A stretch of DNA of 58,006 bases from Chloroflexota bacterium (GCA_023512725.1 JAILZB010000003.1:1-58006), one strand, 5' to 3'; shown: positions 40,426 through 50,131, counted from the stretch's first letter. A program made the numbers and translations. The notes: generated by a model not told the origin, from the letters alone.

Positions 40426-40803
40426 TCACCGCTCCAGCCGGGCAGCCGCCCAGGCAGAGGGACTTTCCCAGACGGTGACGGTGAGAGCCCGCAGCCCGGG
40501 GCGTGCAAGACGGTCCTGTAGTGTCTCGGCCAGCACCTGTGCCAAGCGTTCAGTGCTGGGGTTGAGGCCAGCGAACTCTGGGAGGTCGTTCAGCAACCGG
40601 TCCTGGTAGCGACCCAATGCGGCTGCGAGCGCTGCCTCGACCGCAGTGATGTCGGCAAGAAACCCATGCTGGTCGAGCTGGTCGCCTTCGAGGCGGAGTT
40701 CGACACGGTAGTGGTGAGCGTGAGGCAGGTTTTCAGCGCCCCAGTCACCTCCGGTCAATGCATGCTGGCAGGTGAACTCACGCCAAACCCCAAGGGAAAA
40801 CAT
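40426..40803 (-). CDS. QueD/PTPS (COG0720) family protein lacking the canonical catalytic Cys
   Basis: F...H...WGAEN..HAHHY...D...LN.LPEF.G.NPSTE...VWES. Confidence 0.88.
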   Translation of the reverse strand: MFSLGVWREFTCQHALTGGDWGAENLPHAHHYRVELRLEGDQLDQHGFLADITAVEAALAAALGRYQDRLLNDLPEFAGLNPSTERLAQVLAETLQDRLARPGLRALTVTVWESPSAWAAARLER

Positions 40804-41834
40804 CAGGCTTCCTCCTCGTCCGGCCCGGCCGCGGTAACGAACAGGGCCTGCAGGACCGTTGGATCACCTTGGTCGAGCTGCTGGTAGAGAGTCGGGGCAG
40901 CGGTCAGCGGTAGGCGATGCGTGATCAGCTGCTCAGGCTGAAGCATCGGCACCAGCTCCCAAGTGAACGCAGTTCGCCGCTCGCGACTCCAGCGACCGGT
41001 CAGGGCGGGCGCGATCGTACTGACCTGGCTCGCCTCGATACGCACCCGGTCGCGGTGGAACCGTCCTCCGAGGTCGAGGGAGACTGGACGGGTGCCGTAC
41101 CAAGACCCTACCAGGAGCCGGCTCTGAAAGCCGAGCAGCGTTTGGGCCAAGGCCAATCCCGCCGGCTGGCCACTCACCTCGATAACAAGGTCAGCCGCAG
41201 CCGGGCCAAGCTGTTCCTGCAGATGGGCGGACTCAGCGGGTGTTCCCGCCCACTGAGCCCCAAGGGTTGCCGACCAGCGCAGCCGCTCTGGGCGTGGATC
41301 GACGGCGGCGAGCAAGGCGAGGGGAAAGCGGGCGAGCAGCGCGATGACCAGCAGCCCGATTACCCCCTGGCCGACTACCACCACCCGTTCACCGGCCAGT
41401 GGCCGGGCATCGAGCACCAGAGTGAGCGCGGTTTCCACGCTTGGATAGAGTGCGGCTGCCTCCGGCACGAGTGCTGGCGGCACGGGGAGCAGGCTCGCGA
41501 GCGGAGCAACGAAGTGGGTGGCGTGCGGTTGGAAGGCGAAGACGCGGCGACCAAGCCAGGCGCGGTCTTCCCTTGCGCCGACGGCCACCACCCGCCCGGT
41601 CGCCGCGTAGCCGTAGCGGAACGGATACTGGGCAGGGCCAGCGAGAGCAGCCAGGGTGGTATCAAGCGGCAGGTCGGCCGGCACCGCTCCCTGGTAGGCG
41701 AGCAGCTCGCTCCCCGCGCTCACGGCTGAGCACTCGACCGCGACGAGCCCCTCCCCCGCGGCCGGTGGGAGCAGCTCCAGTGGCCGCACCTCGACGTGGC
41801 GCGGCGCCACGAACCAGAGCGCCCGGGCGATCAT
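40803..41834 (-). CDS. Zn-binding alcohol-dehydrogenase (MDR) family oxidoreductase
   Basis: Motifs SAVSAGSE, YPFRYGY, FAFQPH, GQGVIG, GSWYG and SQV. Start ATG 41834 is coupled to the RibD-C stop. Confidence 0.9.
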   Translation of the reverse strand: MIARALWFVAPRHVEVRPLELLPPAAGEGLVAVECSAVSAGSELLAYQGAVPADLPLDTTLAALAGPAQYPFRYGYAATGRVVAVGAREDRAWLGRRVFAFQPHATHFVAPLASLLPVPPALVPEAAALYPSVETALTLVLDARPLAGERVVVVGQGVIGLLVIALLARFPLALLAAVDPRPERLRWSATLGAQWAGTPAESAHLQEQLGPAAADLVIEVSGQPAGLALAQTLLGFQSRLLVGSWYGTRPVSLDLGGRFHRDRVRIEASQVSTIAPALTGRWSRERRTAFTWELVPMLQPEQLITHRLPLTAAPTLYQQLDQGDPTVLQALFVTAAGPDEEEA

Positions 41835-42541
41835 CCCTGGCCTGCCAGTTCGCCCCGAACGATCAGGTCGTCCCCACAGGGCGAGACACTGAGGTTGGCA
41901 AGCCGGAGGGAGTGTCCAGTGGGTGTTGCCAGCGGCGACTCCACCGCACGCAGGCCCCCCACGAGCAGCGGCGCGATCGTGAGGATGACCTGATTGACTG
42001 AGCCCTGCGCGAGAAAGCTGGTGATGATTCGGCTGCCTCCCTCGACCATCAGCGAGTTCACGTCCGCCGCTCCGAGCCAGTCGAGCAGGGCACCGAGGTC
42101 GACCCAACCGTTGGGTAAGGCAGGGAGCGGCACTGGGCGCGCGCCGGAGCGTTCCAAAGCCTGGGCACGCCCCCGGTCGGCAGCAGCGGTCGTTGCCAGC
42201 CAGGGGCCACGCTCAGCGCGCAAGACCTGGGCGGAGAGTGGAGTCCGCAGCTGGCTATCGACGATGACGACTTGCGGGTTCGGGCCGGTGACCAGGCGGA
42301 CGGTCAGCCGGGGATTGTCGCTGATCACCGTTCCTATGCCGACCAGGATCGCATCATGGAGCGCGCGGAGCTGGTGGGTAAACTGCTGTGCCATCGGACC
42401 GCTGATGGCAAGCGGCGCCCCGCGCCGCCGGGCGATGCTCCCATCGAGGGACTGGGCGTAGCTCAGGGTGATGTAAGGACGGCCTACCTGCCGGCGATAG
42501 TCTGCCGCCTGGCTGAGCACCGCGCGAACCGTCTCGATCAC
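41831..42541 (-). CDS. RibD C-terminal (pyrimidine reductase) domain protein
   Basis: Motifs YAQSLDG.IA, H.LRA.HDAILVGIGTV..DNP.L.VR and MVEGG. Confidence 0.92.
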   Translation of the reverse strand: MIETVRAVLSQAADYRRQVGRPYITLSYAQSLDGSIARRRGAPLAISGPMAQQFTHQLRALHDAILVGIGTVISDNPRLTVRLVTGPNPQVVIVDSQLRTPLSAQVLRAERGPWLATTAAADRGRAQALERSGARPVPLPALPNGWVDLGALLDWLGAADVNSLMVEGGSRIITSFLAQGSVNQVILTIAPLLVGGLRAVESPLATPTGHSLRLANLSVSPCGDDLIVRGELAGQG

Positions 42542-42636
42542 GGGCGTGTTCGGTCGGACGCTCCCATCATCCTACTCGCCTGTGGCATCTGCGGCCGTTC
42601 TGCACAGGGCTGACCGGCGCTCCCTGTCGAGGCCAG

Positions 42637-42642
42637 TATAAT
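42637..42642 (+). promoter_or_regulatory. Consensus -10 box; the downstream gene is probably leaderless
   Basis: TATAAT ends 7 nt before ATG 42650, with no SD. Confidence 0.6.
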
Positions 42643-42649
42643 CCGCGCG

Positions 42650-44122
42650 ATGCTGCGCCTTCTCCCCGGCACCCTCACCTCGCCTCGCCGGGGGATCTTC
42701 TTGGCCGCCTTGCCGCAGCGCGACCGGCTCGCTTGCGGGGCCCTCCTGCTGGGGGCTGCCCTCTGGGTGCTTGCTCCCTTCCCGCTGGCTGGGGGAGGCG
42801 CGGCTCTCTTCTTCCTGGGGGCCATCCTCCGGCTTGACCTTGCGCTGATTGCGGTCGTCCTGGCCTGCCCGTTCTATCTCCCCGTGGCGGCGAACCCTCT
42901 CCCCCCCAAGCCGATCGGCCCCTACCGCTTCAGCCTGCTCGAAGTGGCAACTCTGCTCTGCGGAGCGGCCTGGCTGGTGCGTGCCCTCATCGACCGGCCG
43001 GCGACGATCGACCGGCTGCGGCAGGCGGGCTGGGCGCTTGTTCCCCCGCTGCTCTTTCTGCTCGCCGCTACCCTCTCGACGCTGGCAGCCGTCAATCGGC
43101 ACGAGGCTCTGCGCGAACTCCGGACGGTGGCTATCGAGCCGGTGCTATTCGGCCTGCTGGTGCTCAGCACGCTTGACCGCCGCGGTGTCGCTCGGTTGGT
43201 GGTGGCTGGCGTCGCGCTCGGGGCTACGGTGGCCGCCTACAGCTTCTATCACTATGTGGTGGTTAGGGTCGTCGAGGAGGCTGACGGGGTCCGACGGGTG
43301 CTGGCGGTCTACCACTCCCCTAACCAGTTAGCGCTCCTCTTCGACCGGCTGCTCCCGCTCACCGTGGCCCTTGCCCTTCCGGCACCAGCCGAACCCTGGC
43401 GACGCTGGCTCCGGCGGGGTATGCCAGCCGGGGTGGCAGCAGTGATCATGGCTGGTGCGCTGGTACTCACCTACTCGCGAGGAGCCTACCTGGCGGTCGC
43501 CGTGGCGACTCTGGCCATCCTGGCCTGGCGCGGTTGGCGCTTCTTGCTGCCGGCAGTGGTTCTCGGCATGCTGGGCAGCGGCCTGCTGCTCACCCAGCTC
43601 TCGCCCGCCCGTCTCGTCTCGGAGCAGACTTCCGTCGGGCGGCTGACGCTCTGGAGCGCGGCCTGGCGGATGGTCCTGGACCACCCGCTGCTCGGCGTCG
43701 GGCCGGACAACTTTCTCTACGCCTACCGTGACCGCGGCTACCTGCCGCCGGAAGGCTGGCGCGAACCGGATACTTCTCACCCTCACAACCTGCTGCTCGA
43801 CGCTTGGCTCCGGACGGGCATCCTGGGCTTCGGCGCGCTTGCTGCTGCAGCGGCGCTGTTCTGGCGCGCTGCGGTGCGTCTGCTGCGTTCCCGTTCTGAC
43901 CCCTCCTGGCCGACGGCGCTCGCGCTCGCCGGGGGGATGCTGGCCGCGCTCACGCACGGGCTGTTCGACAACGGCTACTTTCTCCCCGACCTGGCAGTGC
44001 TGTTCTGGCTGGCCGTAGCCGGGATGGCCGTGCTGGCCCGACCGTCGGCCCCAGCAGCCCACCCAGCTCCTCCGCCAGCTTCCCCGCTCGCCGCCAGCGC
44101 GCCGCCTCCCGTGCCGCGCTAG
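42650..44122 (+). CDS. O-antigen ligase/polymerase (Wzy_C) family membrane protein
   Basis: Polytopic; SPNQLA, LTYSRGA, R..LW..A..M..DHPLLGVGP.NF, HPHN..L and HGLFD. Confidence 0.9.
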   Translation: MLRLLPGTLTSPRRGIFLAALPQRDRLACGALLLGAALWVLAPFPLAGGGAALFFLGAILRLDLALIAVVLACPFYLPVAANPLPPKPIGPYRFSLLEVATLLCGAAWLVRALIDRPATIDRLRQAGWALVPPLLFLLAATLSTLAAVNRHEALRELRTVAIEPVLFGLLVLSTLDRRGVARLVVAGVALGATVAAYSFYHYVVVRVVEEADGVRRVLAVYHSPNQLALLFDRLLPLTVALALPAPAEPWRRWLRRGMPAGVAAVIMAGALVLTYSRGAYLAVAVATLAILAWRGWRFLLPAVVLGMLGSGLLLTQLSPARLVSEQTSVGRLTLWSAAWRMVLDHPLLGVGPDNFLYAYRDRGYLPPEGWREPDTSHPHNLLLDAWLRTGILGFGALAAAAALFWRAAVRLLRSRSDPSWPTALALAGGMLAALTHGLFDNGYFLPDLAVLFWLAVAGMAVLARPSAPAAHPAPPPASPLAASAPPPVPR

Positions 44123-44333
44123 GGGTGGCGACACGAGCCAGCGCGGGTTGGCAAATCCTGGCAGGTTCGTTGGCGAGTGCTACGATTCGGGACGGATCCC
44201 GCTGGCTGCGGGCACTGGCCGGTGGGAGACTGGCCGCGCTCAGGCACGACGCCACTTGTCGCGTTCCCCTCCCAAGCCTGCCCCGCGGGGGAGCATGGCT
44301 GAGTGGGGGCGGCGACCGGAGGACAACAGACCA

Positions 44334-45299
44334 ATGCAGATCGTCATCAGCGGCGGGGCCGGGTTCATCGGTTCTCACCTGGTCGATGCCTGCCTGACCC
44401 GTGGCCACCGGGTGATCGTGATCGATAACCTGTTGACCGGGCGGCGGGAGAACCTGGCGCACCTGGCGGACCATCCCCGGCTGCGCTTCCTCGAACGTGA
44501 CGTGATCGAGCCGCTGCCAGAGGTCGAAGGCGAGCTGTATCTGCACCTGGCGAGTCCGGCCAGCCCGGTCGGCTACGCCCGCTATCCCATCGAGACGATG
44601 CTCGCGAACTCGCTTGGCACCCAGCGGCTGCTCGACCTCACCCGGCGGGACGGCGCGACCTTTCTGTTCGCCTCGACCTCCGAGGCCTACGGCGACCCGC
44701 TGGTCCACCCCCAGCCGGAGGAGTACTGGGGCAACGTCAACCCCGTCGGGCCGCGCGCCTGCTACGACGAGTCCAAGCGGTACGGCGAAGCGCTCACCGT
44801 CACATACGTGCGGCAGTTTGGCCTCGATGGGCGGATCGTCCGGATCTTCAATACCTATGGCCCGCGGAACGACCCCCGCGACGGTCGGATCGTGCCAAAC
44901 TTCATCACCCAGGCGCTGCGGGGCGAGCCGATCACGGTCTACGGGGATGGCACCCAGACCCGCTCCTACTGCTACGTCTCCGACCTGGTCGAGGGGATCC
45001 TCCGCGCTGCCCTCACCCCGGGGCTGGCGGGTGAGGTGATCAACCTCGGCAACCCGCTGGAATACTCGGCGGTCGAGCTCGCTGTCCTGATCCGACGACT
45101 GGCGGGCTCCTCCTCCCCGATCGTGCACGCGCCTCCGCGGCCAGAGGAGATCGCGCGCCGGCGCCCGGAGATCAGCAAAGCGCGGCGTCTGCTCGGCTGG
45201 GAACCCCAGGTGGGTATCGAGGAGGGCCTGCTCCAGACGATCGCCTGGTTCCGGGAGCAGCTGGCACTGCCAGCCTCCGCTGTGGTCGACGGCACGTGA
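44334..45299 (+). CDS. UDP-glucuronate decarboxylase (UDP-xylose synthase)-like SDR
   Basis: Motifs GGAGFIGSH, HLASPASP, ASTSE.YGDP..HPQ.E.YWGNVNP.GPRACYDESKR and RIFNTYGP. Confidence 0.92.
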   Translation: MQIVISGGAGFIGSHLVDACLTRGHRVIVIDNLLTGRRENLAHLADHPRLRFLERDVIEPLPEVEGELYLHLASPASPVGYARYPIETMLANSLGTQRLLDLTRRDGATFLFASTSEAYGDPLVHPQPEEYWGNVNPVGPRACYDESKRYGEALTVTYVRQFGLDGRIVRIFNTYGPRNDPRDGRIVPNFITQALRGEPITVYGDGTQTRSYCYVSDLVEGILRAALTPGLAGEVINLGNPLEYSAVELAVLIRRLAGSSSPIVHAPPRPEEIARRRPEISKARRLLGWEPQVGIEEGLLQTIAWFREQLALPASAVVDGT

Positions 45300-46864
45300 C
45301 GCTGCTGGCGCGCCCCCCTCTCGCTGCCCGCGCAAGCGCCTGGTGGCGGGCTGCGCGCGTTGAACTCGCTGATTGGTTCCTCCCACCCTGGGAACGGGGG
45401 TTGCTCTCGCCGCGGGCCACCGTGCTCGTAGGTATCGTGCTGGTGGGCCTCGCCCTCGTGATCGCGACCCAGCCGCTCCGGGTGCTGGTGGCCGGGCTGG
45501 CTGCGGCCGTCTTCTTCGTGCTCTCCCTCGTCCGTCCCGTAGTTGGGTTGGGGCTTATCCTGTTCTCGGTTCCCTTTGGAACGCTCGCGCCGGTTGACGT
45601 GCGCGGCATCACCCTCACCGCCACCGAGCCGCTGATCGGCCTGGTTACCCTTGCCTGGCTGCTGCGGGTGGCCGCAGCACGCCAGCTCGACTGGCGCTGG
45701 TCGCCGCTGGTAGTGCCGCTCGTGCTCTTTCTGCTCCTCGAGGCCCAGTCAGTGGCGGTCGCTCCGGCGTTCACGCTAGCGGCAAAAGAGTACGCCAAGT
45801 GGCTGGAAGCGCTGGCGCTGCTCGTGGTGACGGCGCAGGTCGTGCGTCGGCAGGAGCAGGTCGTGTTTCTGGTTGCCTGCCTGCTCGGCGCGGGGACGCT
45901 AGCTGCCCTGCAGGGGTGGTACCAGTTCTTCTTCCGCCAGGGGCCGGAGGGGTTCCTCATTGCTGAACGGTTCATCCGGGCCTATGGCGAGTTCGGTCAA
46001 CCGAACCCGTACGCTGGCTTCTTGAACCTCAGCCTCCCGTTTGCCCTGGCTGTGCTGCTGGTCGCCTTGCTCCGCCCACCGGCGGCCCGTGGGAGAGCGC
46101 CGCAGGCGCTGCTCCTCGCGGTAGCCGGCGTGGCAGGGGTCATTGCAGCGGCCGAAGCGATGACCTTCTCCCGGGCGGCGTGGCTGGGCCTGGCGGTGGC
46201 CGTCGTGGCAATGCTGGCGGTCTGCAGCCGGCGCACCCTCGGACTCCTGCTCGGTGGGCTCACGGTGGGGTTGGTCATCTGGCTCCTGGGCGCGCTCGAC
46301 CTGCTCCCCGCGGTGGCGCTCGAGCGGTTACGGCCGCTCGCCGAGAGTGTCAGTCTCTTTGACGTCAGCGCAGTGGAGCTGACGCCGGAGAACTGGTCGG
46401 TCGTCGAGCGCGTCGTCACCTGGCAGACGGCGCTTGAGATGGCCGCGACGAACCCCTGGTACGGCATTGGGCCGGGAAGCTTTCAGGTCCGCTGGCCCGA
46501 GTTTGCCCCGCTCGAGTGGGTCTTGCGCGGGTCCAACCCGCCCCACGCCCATAACTTCTACCTGAACCAGCTGGCCGAGAGCGGGATCATCGGCCTGGCG
46601 GCCTATCTCATCCTCATCGGGGCGGCCTTCGCCTATACTACCGTCCGGGTCCGAGCGGCCCAGCGGCTCGGTCGCTGGCAAGGGCATCTCCTTGCTCACC
46701 CGTTCGCGCTTGCGCTCGGGCTGCTCGGGGTGCTGCTTGCACTTTCGGTGCACAACGTGTTCGATGCGCTCTTCGTCCATGGGATGACAGCCCAACTTGG
46801 GTTGACACTTGGGCTCGTCGAAGCGAGCTGGCAGGCCCGAGCACAACACGCCGAGGGGGCATGA
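45296..46864 (+). CDS. Second O-antigen ligase (Wzy_C) family protein
   Basis: Motifs RAYG.FGQPNPYAG, TFSRAAW, ER...W..A, GIGPG.F, HAHN.YL..LAE.G and HN.FD. Confidence 0.9.
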   Translation: MTLLARPPLAARASAWWRAARVELADWFLPPWERGLLSPRATVLVGIVLVGLALVIATQPLRVLVAGLAAAVFFVLSLVRPVVGLGLILFSVPFGTLAPVDVRGITLTATEPLIGLVTLAWLLRVAAARQLDWRWSPLVVPLVLFLLLEAQSVAVAPAFTLAAKEYAKWLEALALLVVTAQVVRRQEQVVFLVACLLGAGTLAALQGWYQFFFRQGPEGFLIAERFIRAYGEFGQPNPYAGFLNLSLPFALAVLLVALLRPPAARGRAPQALLLAVAGVAGVIAAAEAMTFSRAAWLGLAVAVVAMLAVCSRRTLGLLLGGLTVGLVIWLLGALDLLPAVALERLRPLAESVSLFDVSAVELTPENWSVVERVVTWQTALEMAATNPWYGIGPGSFQVRWPEFAPLEWVLRGSNPPHAHNFYLNQLAESGIIGLAAYLILIGAAFAYTTVRVRAAQRLGRWQGHLLAHPFALALGLLGVLLALSVHNVFDALFVHGMTAQLGLTLGLVEASWQARAQHAEGA

Positions 46865-47949
46865 TCATCCGCCAGCCAAGCATGGGGCACGAGGCAGCAC
46901 CATCACTGCCGCTGACCGAGACGGCACCCCCCGAGGAAGCGAGTGGGGATCTTTCCCTGCGGCGGCGCGTCTTCCGGCTGCGGACGCTGGTCTCGTTTCT
47001 GGCGGCCGGGGCCATCCTCTGGTTCTTGGTCACCCGCCTGAACGTGAATCTGGCCGACCTCTGGGCGCAGCTGCGCCAGACCAACCTGGGCTTGTTCCTG
47101 CTGGCACTCTTCGTCTACTACCTGGGCTTTCCCCTCCGGGCCCTCCGCTGGCGATTGCTGCTGGAGCAGGTCGAGCAGAGCGACCATCGCGCCCGGGAGC
47201 GCGCGGTCCACCCGAGCGTAGCGCGGCTGAGTGAGATCCTGGTGCTGGGCTGGTTTGCCAATTGCGTCGTGCCGGCCAAGATCGGCGATTTTTACCGCGC
47301 CTACCTGCTCAAGGACGCCTGCGGGGTGAGTTTTGCGCGCACCACCGGCACGATCGTGGCCGAGCGGATGATCGACTTGATCGTCCTCTTTGTCCTGCTC
47401 TTGCTCTCGGCGGTCGGGGTCATCCGGGGAATGACGACTGACCACGCCCTGGTGACCGAGCACATCTTGCTGGTCGGCCTCGTGCTGGTGGGGCTGCTCG
47501 TCCTGGTGCTGCTCGGCCTGCGGCTGTTCGGGCGGCGGTTGGAAAGGGTGCTGCCAGCGCGGCTGGGTGGGTTCTGGTACCGCTTCCAGCACGGGATTGT
47601 CGGAAGCTTCCAGCTCCGCCAGTTCCCCCTGGTGGCCGTGCTCACGATAGCAGTCTGGCTGACTGAAGCAGGCCGCCTCTACTTCGTCAGCCAGTCGCTT
47701 GGCGTGCCGCTGGGGCTTGCGGTGATCGTGTTTGTGGCGCTGGCCAACTCGCTCCTCACCGCTGTACCAGCCACGCCTGGGGGGCTGGGTGTGGTCGAGG
47801 TAGGGGTGATCACCCTCTTTGCCCTCATCGGGGTGAGCGACGATGCCGCCGCTGCCGTGACCCTGCTCGACCGTACCATCTCCTACTGGAGTCTGATCGC
47901 CGTCGGGCTGGTCGCGTACCTGTTCGCCTTCCGCCACCGGCGGGCATGA
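46861..47949 (+). CDS. LPG-synthase TM / flippase-like protein (UPF0104)
   Basis: Motifs RA.RW..LL, N.V.PA..GD..R, ER..D, P.TPGGLG.VE and R...YW. Confidence 0.9.
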   Translation: MIIRQPSMGHEAAPSLPLTETAPPEEASGDLSLRRRVFRLRTLVSFLAAGAILWFLVTRLNVNLADLWAQLRQTNLGLFLLALFVYYLGFPLRALRWRLLLEQVEQSDHRARERAVHPSVARLSEILVLGWFANCVVPAKIGDFYRAYLLKDACGVSFARTTGTIVAERMIDLIVLFVLLLLSAVGVIRGMTTDHALVTEHILLVGLVLVGLLVLVLLGLRLFGRRLERVLPARLGGFWYRFQHGIVGSFQLRQFPLVAVLTIAVWLTEAGRLYFVSQSLGVPLGLAVIVFVALANSLLTAVPATPGGLGVVEVGVITLFALIGVSDDAAAAVTLLDRTISYWSLIAVGLVAYLFAFRHRRA

Positions 47950-49055
47950 AGGTCGCGATCGAGTACACCCCGGCCGTACGCCAGCGGGCCGGCATTGGGC
48001 GCTTTGTCCGCGAGCTGACTGCTGCCGTCCTCGCCCTGGGCGAGGAGTGCTCCGTCACCCTGGTCCTGACGCGTGACGCTCCTCCCCCTCCCCTGCCGGC
48101 CCGGGTTGTCCAGTTGCCGCTCACCGAGCGTCAGGCGCTCGTGCTCTGGCACCGCTGGCGGCTCCCCCTCCCGATCGACCGCTGGCTCGGCCCGGTCGAC
48201 CTCTTCCACGGTACCAACTTCCTGCTCCCACCCCTCCGCCGACCGCGGGCGGTCGTGACGGTGCACGACCTCAGCTTTCTGCTCTACCCCCAGTTCGCCG
48301 AGCCGGCCCTGGTGGCGTTCTTGCGGGCAGCGGTGCCACGCTCGCTCCAACGTGCTCATGCTATCTGCGCCGACTCCGCGGCCACCAAGCGCGACCTGAT
48401 CCAGCACCTGGGCGTGGCAGCGGCGCGGATCACCGTCATCCCCGGCGGGGTCGACCCCCGTTTCCGACCGGCTCCTCCCGCGGAACTGGCACAGGTCCGT
48501 CAGCGCTACCCCCTGGACCGACCCTTTCTCCTCGCCCTGGGCACGCGTGAGCCGCGCAAGAACCTGGCAGGGCTGCTGGCGGCCTATCAGCTCGTGCGCC
48601 AACGCGGCGCCACGGTGCGCCTGCTGATCGCGGGGCCACCCGGCTGGCGGGAGGCGCCTTTTGCCGCCGCGCTGGCGAGCGCTCCGTACCGCGAGGATGT
48701 CATCGCGCTCGGCTACGTCCCCGATGAGGACTTGCCGGCCTTGCTCAGCGCTTGTGCGTGCTTCGTCTACCCGAGCTTCTACGAGGGGTTCGGTCTCCCG
48801 GTGGGGGAGGCGCTCGCCTGCGGCGCACCCGTCGTTTGCTCGGCGACCAGTTCGTTACCCGAGGTAGCGGGCGAGGCTGCCTTGCTCGTTCCGCCAGATG
48901 ACCCCGCGGCCATCGCGGAGGCGATCCTGCGGGTGCTGGAGGATGAGACGCTCGCCGCCAGGCTCCGCAGCGCTGGCCCGCGCCAGGCAGCGACCTTGCG
49001 CTGGGAAGATTCCGCCCGGGCGCTCCTCGCGCTCTACCACCAGGTCGTAGCGTGA
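47946..49055 (+). CDS. Glycosyltransferase family 4
   Basis: Motifs GIGR, TVHDL, EPRKN and YPSFYEGFGLPV.EA.ACG.P. Confidence 0.94.
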   Translation: MKVAIEYTPAVRQRAGIGRFVRELTAAVLALGEECSVTLVLTRDAPPPPLPARVVQLPLTERQALVLWHRWRLPLPIDRWLGPVDLFHGTNFLLPPLRRPRAVVTVHDLSFLLYPQFAEPALVAFLRAAVPRSLQRAHAICADSAATKRDLIQHLGVAAARITVIPGGVDPRFRPAPPAELAQVRQRYPLDRPFLLALGTREPRKNLAGLLAAYQLVRQRGATVRLLIAGPPGWREAPFAAALASAPYREDVIALGYVPDEDLPALLSACACFVYPSFYEGFGLPVGEALACGAPVVCSATSSLPEVAGEAALLVPPDDPAAIAEAILRVLEDETLAARLRSAGPRQAATLRWEDSARALLALYHQVVA

Positions 49056-50116
49056 AGGTCGGGCTCAGCGGGGAGTTCCTGCGCCGCCCCTGGACCGGGA
49101 GCGGGCAATACACCCTGCATCTTGCGGCGCAGCTTCGCCAGCTGCTGGGGGACCAGCAGGTAGTGCTGCTCGGCCAGGGAACGGGCAGGCCACTCGCCAA
49201 GCTCTGGTGGGAGCAGGTCGGGGTGGTCCGCGCGGCGCGCGCTGCTGGGGTGGAGCTGCTGCACGTGCCCTACTTTGGCCCGCCGCTCCGCTCTCCCCTG
49301 CCGCTGGTGGTGACCGTCCACGACCTGATCATGCTGGCGTTGCCCGAGCACCGGGGACCGCTGCTTTACCGCCTCTATACCCACCTGGCGCTGGTCGGAG
49401 CGCAGCGCGCCGACCTCGTGCTGGCGGATTCCGCCGCGACCGCCCGCGACCTCACCCGGCGCGGGGGCATTGCGTCCGCGCGCATCGCCATCGTTCCGCT
49501 CGGCTACGATGAGCGGCTGGCGGAGCCGGTCTCGAGCGAGGCGGTCGAACGCTACCGGACGCAGCGCGGGCTGCCCCCCTCCTTCGTGCTCTACCTTGGC
49601 GGGTTCGATGCGCGCAAGAACGTGCCCCTGCTGCTCCGCGCTGCCCAGCGCGGTGGTTGGCCACTCGTCATCGCTGGGGACCCCCCCCCACCCCGACCAC
49701 CGCTCTACCCCTCGCTGCCCACGACGAGCGCACGGGTGCACTGGCTCGGCCGCGTGGCGGAAGAGGAGAAACCGCTGCTTTACCGGGCAGCCAGCCTCTT
49801 CTGCTACCCGAGCCGGTACGAAGGCTTCGGCCTGCCAGTGCTGGAGGCGATGGCGTGCGGGGTGCCGGTCGTGGCGGCGGCCGCGACGAGTATCCCCGAG
49901 GTGGTGGGTGAGGCTGCCGTGCTGGTGCCGCCGGACGATGAACTGGCGCTGGTAGAGGCAGTCACCGCTCTACTGGGCGACTCTGAGCGGCGCGCCGAGC
50001 TGGCCGAGCAGGGTCAGGCGCGGGCTCGCCAGTTCAGCTGGGAGCGGACGGCACGCGAGACGCTCGCTGCCTACCAGCGGGTGCTCAGCCACGCCCCGGC
50101 ACGAGTGGTAGGATAG
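49052..50116 (+). CDS. Glycosyltransferase family 4
   Basis: Motifs TVHDL, RKN, YPSRYEGFGLPVLEAMACG.P and FSWE. Confidence 0.94.
   Translation: MKVGLSGEFLRRPWTGSGQYTLHLAAQLRQLLGDQQVVLLGQGTGRPLAKLWWEQVGVVRAARAAGVELLHVPYFGPPLRSPLPLVVTVHDLIMLALPEHRGPLLYRLYTHLALVGAQRADLVLADSAATARDLTRRGGIASARIAIVPLGYDERLAEPVSSEAVERYRTQRGLPPSFVLYLGGFDARKNVPLLLRAAQRGGWPLVIAGDPPPPRPPLYPSLPTTSARVHWLGRVAEEEKPLLYRAASLFCYPSRYEGFGLPVLEAMACGVPVVAAAATSIPEVVGEAAVLVPPDDELALVEAVTALLGDSERRAELAEQGQARARQFSWERTARETLAAYQRVLSHAPARVVG
49681..49689 (+). repeat. C9 homopolymer inside the GT4 gene
   Basis: GGGGA-C9-A, encoding DPPP. Confidence 0.85.
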
Positions 50117-50131
50117 CCCAGCGGAGGACGT

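Noticed and set aside
40426-40803. Calling this gene queD (queuosine or 7-deazaguanine DNA modification)
   Set aside because: It lacks the CxxxHGH motif, and no queC, queE, folE or dpdA is present in the window.
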